From Thalia democratica (Eukaryota), in the NCBI GenBank assembly GCA_965202585.1, contig OZ241832.1, positions 38,316,001 to 38,380,000 on the forward strand: a DNA stretch of 64,000 nt. Reading direction: 5' to 3'. Under the pieces are notes generated by a model, which was not told the origin of the DNA, searched no databases, and saw only the letters and a program-made list of their open reading frames with translations. How positions within the stretch are numbered: position 1 is the stretch's first letter; every line of letters starts with the position of its first letter. A program made the position numbers and the translations under genes. This document shows positions 63,730-64,000 of this stretch, piece after piece.

Positions 63730-64000
63730 TTTAGAAATACTTCTAGTTATACGTTGATTATTATAATCTACACTATTGTTAGTACTATTGATATGGATAT
63801 TTTCATTATCATTAATATTATATCTATATATATCATATAATCTGAATTAATTGATTTAATTAATAAAATTGAACTTAAACCCGGTAAAACTAATAACTTT
63901 CAATATAATTTACGTAACAAGATTAATTCTATAAAAAAGTCTAATAAACTTGTTATTTTTGCAGACAAAACTAATAATTTGTATAAAATCAGTCCAAAAA

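Overview
Very AT-rich (roughly 25% GC) eukaryotic genomic DNA with spliceosomal GT-AG introns. The gene content, especially a collectrin-domain gene, points to an invertebrate chordate, probably a tunicate (inference). Genes reconstructed by hand: (1) a 2-coding-exon inositol-pentakisphosphate 2-kinase (IPPK, minus, 11404-13529); (2) two convergent paralogous gamma-group rhodopsin GPCRs, A (plus, 22492-33088, 10 exons, 488 aa) and B (minus, 35147-45772, 9 exons, 481 aa), with a somatostatin-receptor-like core, Tyr/Asp-rich N-termini, an enlarged ECL2 and Lys at position 3.32; (3) an intronless ORF resembling the PP1-regulatory PPP1R15/GADD34 module, split by one in-frame TAA (51370-51903); (4) a complete, stand-alone 6-exon collectrin (CLTRN/TMEM27)-like gene with its own signal peptide (56112-58879). 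The non-coding DNA holds several Penelope-like retroelement (PLE) remnants. These include a 1-kb near-perfect palindrome, a GIY-YIG fragment with an inverted 5' piece, an intact GIY-YIG ORF, and five loci with minimal type-I hammerhead ribozyme motifs whose stems differ in sequence but keep their pairing. There is also a decayed pogo/Tigger transposon, several hAT- and TA-type MITEs and an unassigned 95-bp structured repeat. The strongest leads are the stand-alone collectrin, the chemoattractant-receptor-like GPCR pair and the hammerhead/PLE system. No CRISPR, rRNA or tRNA genes were seen.
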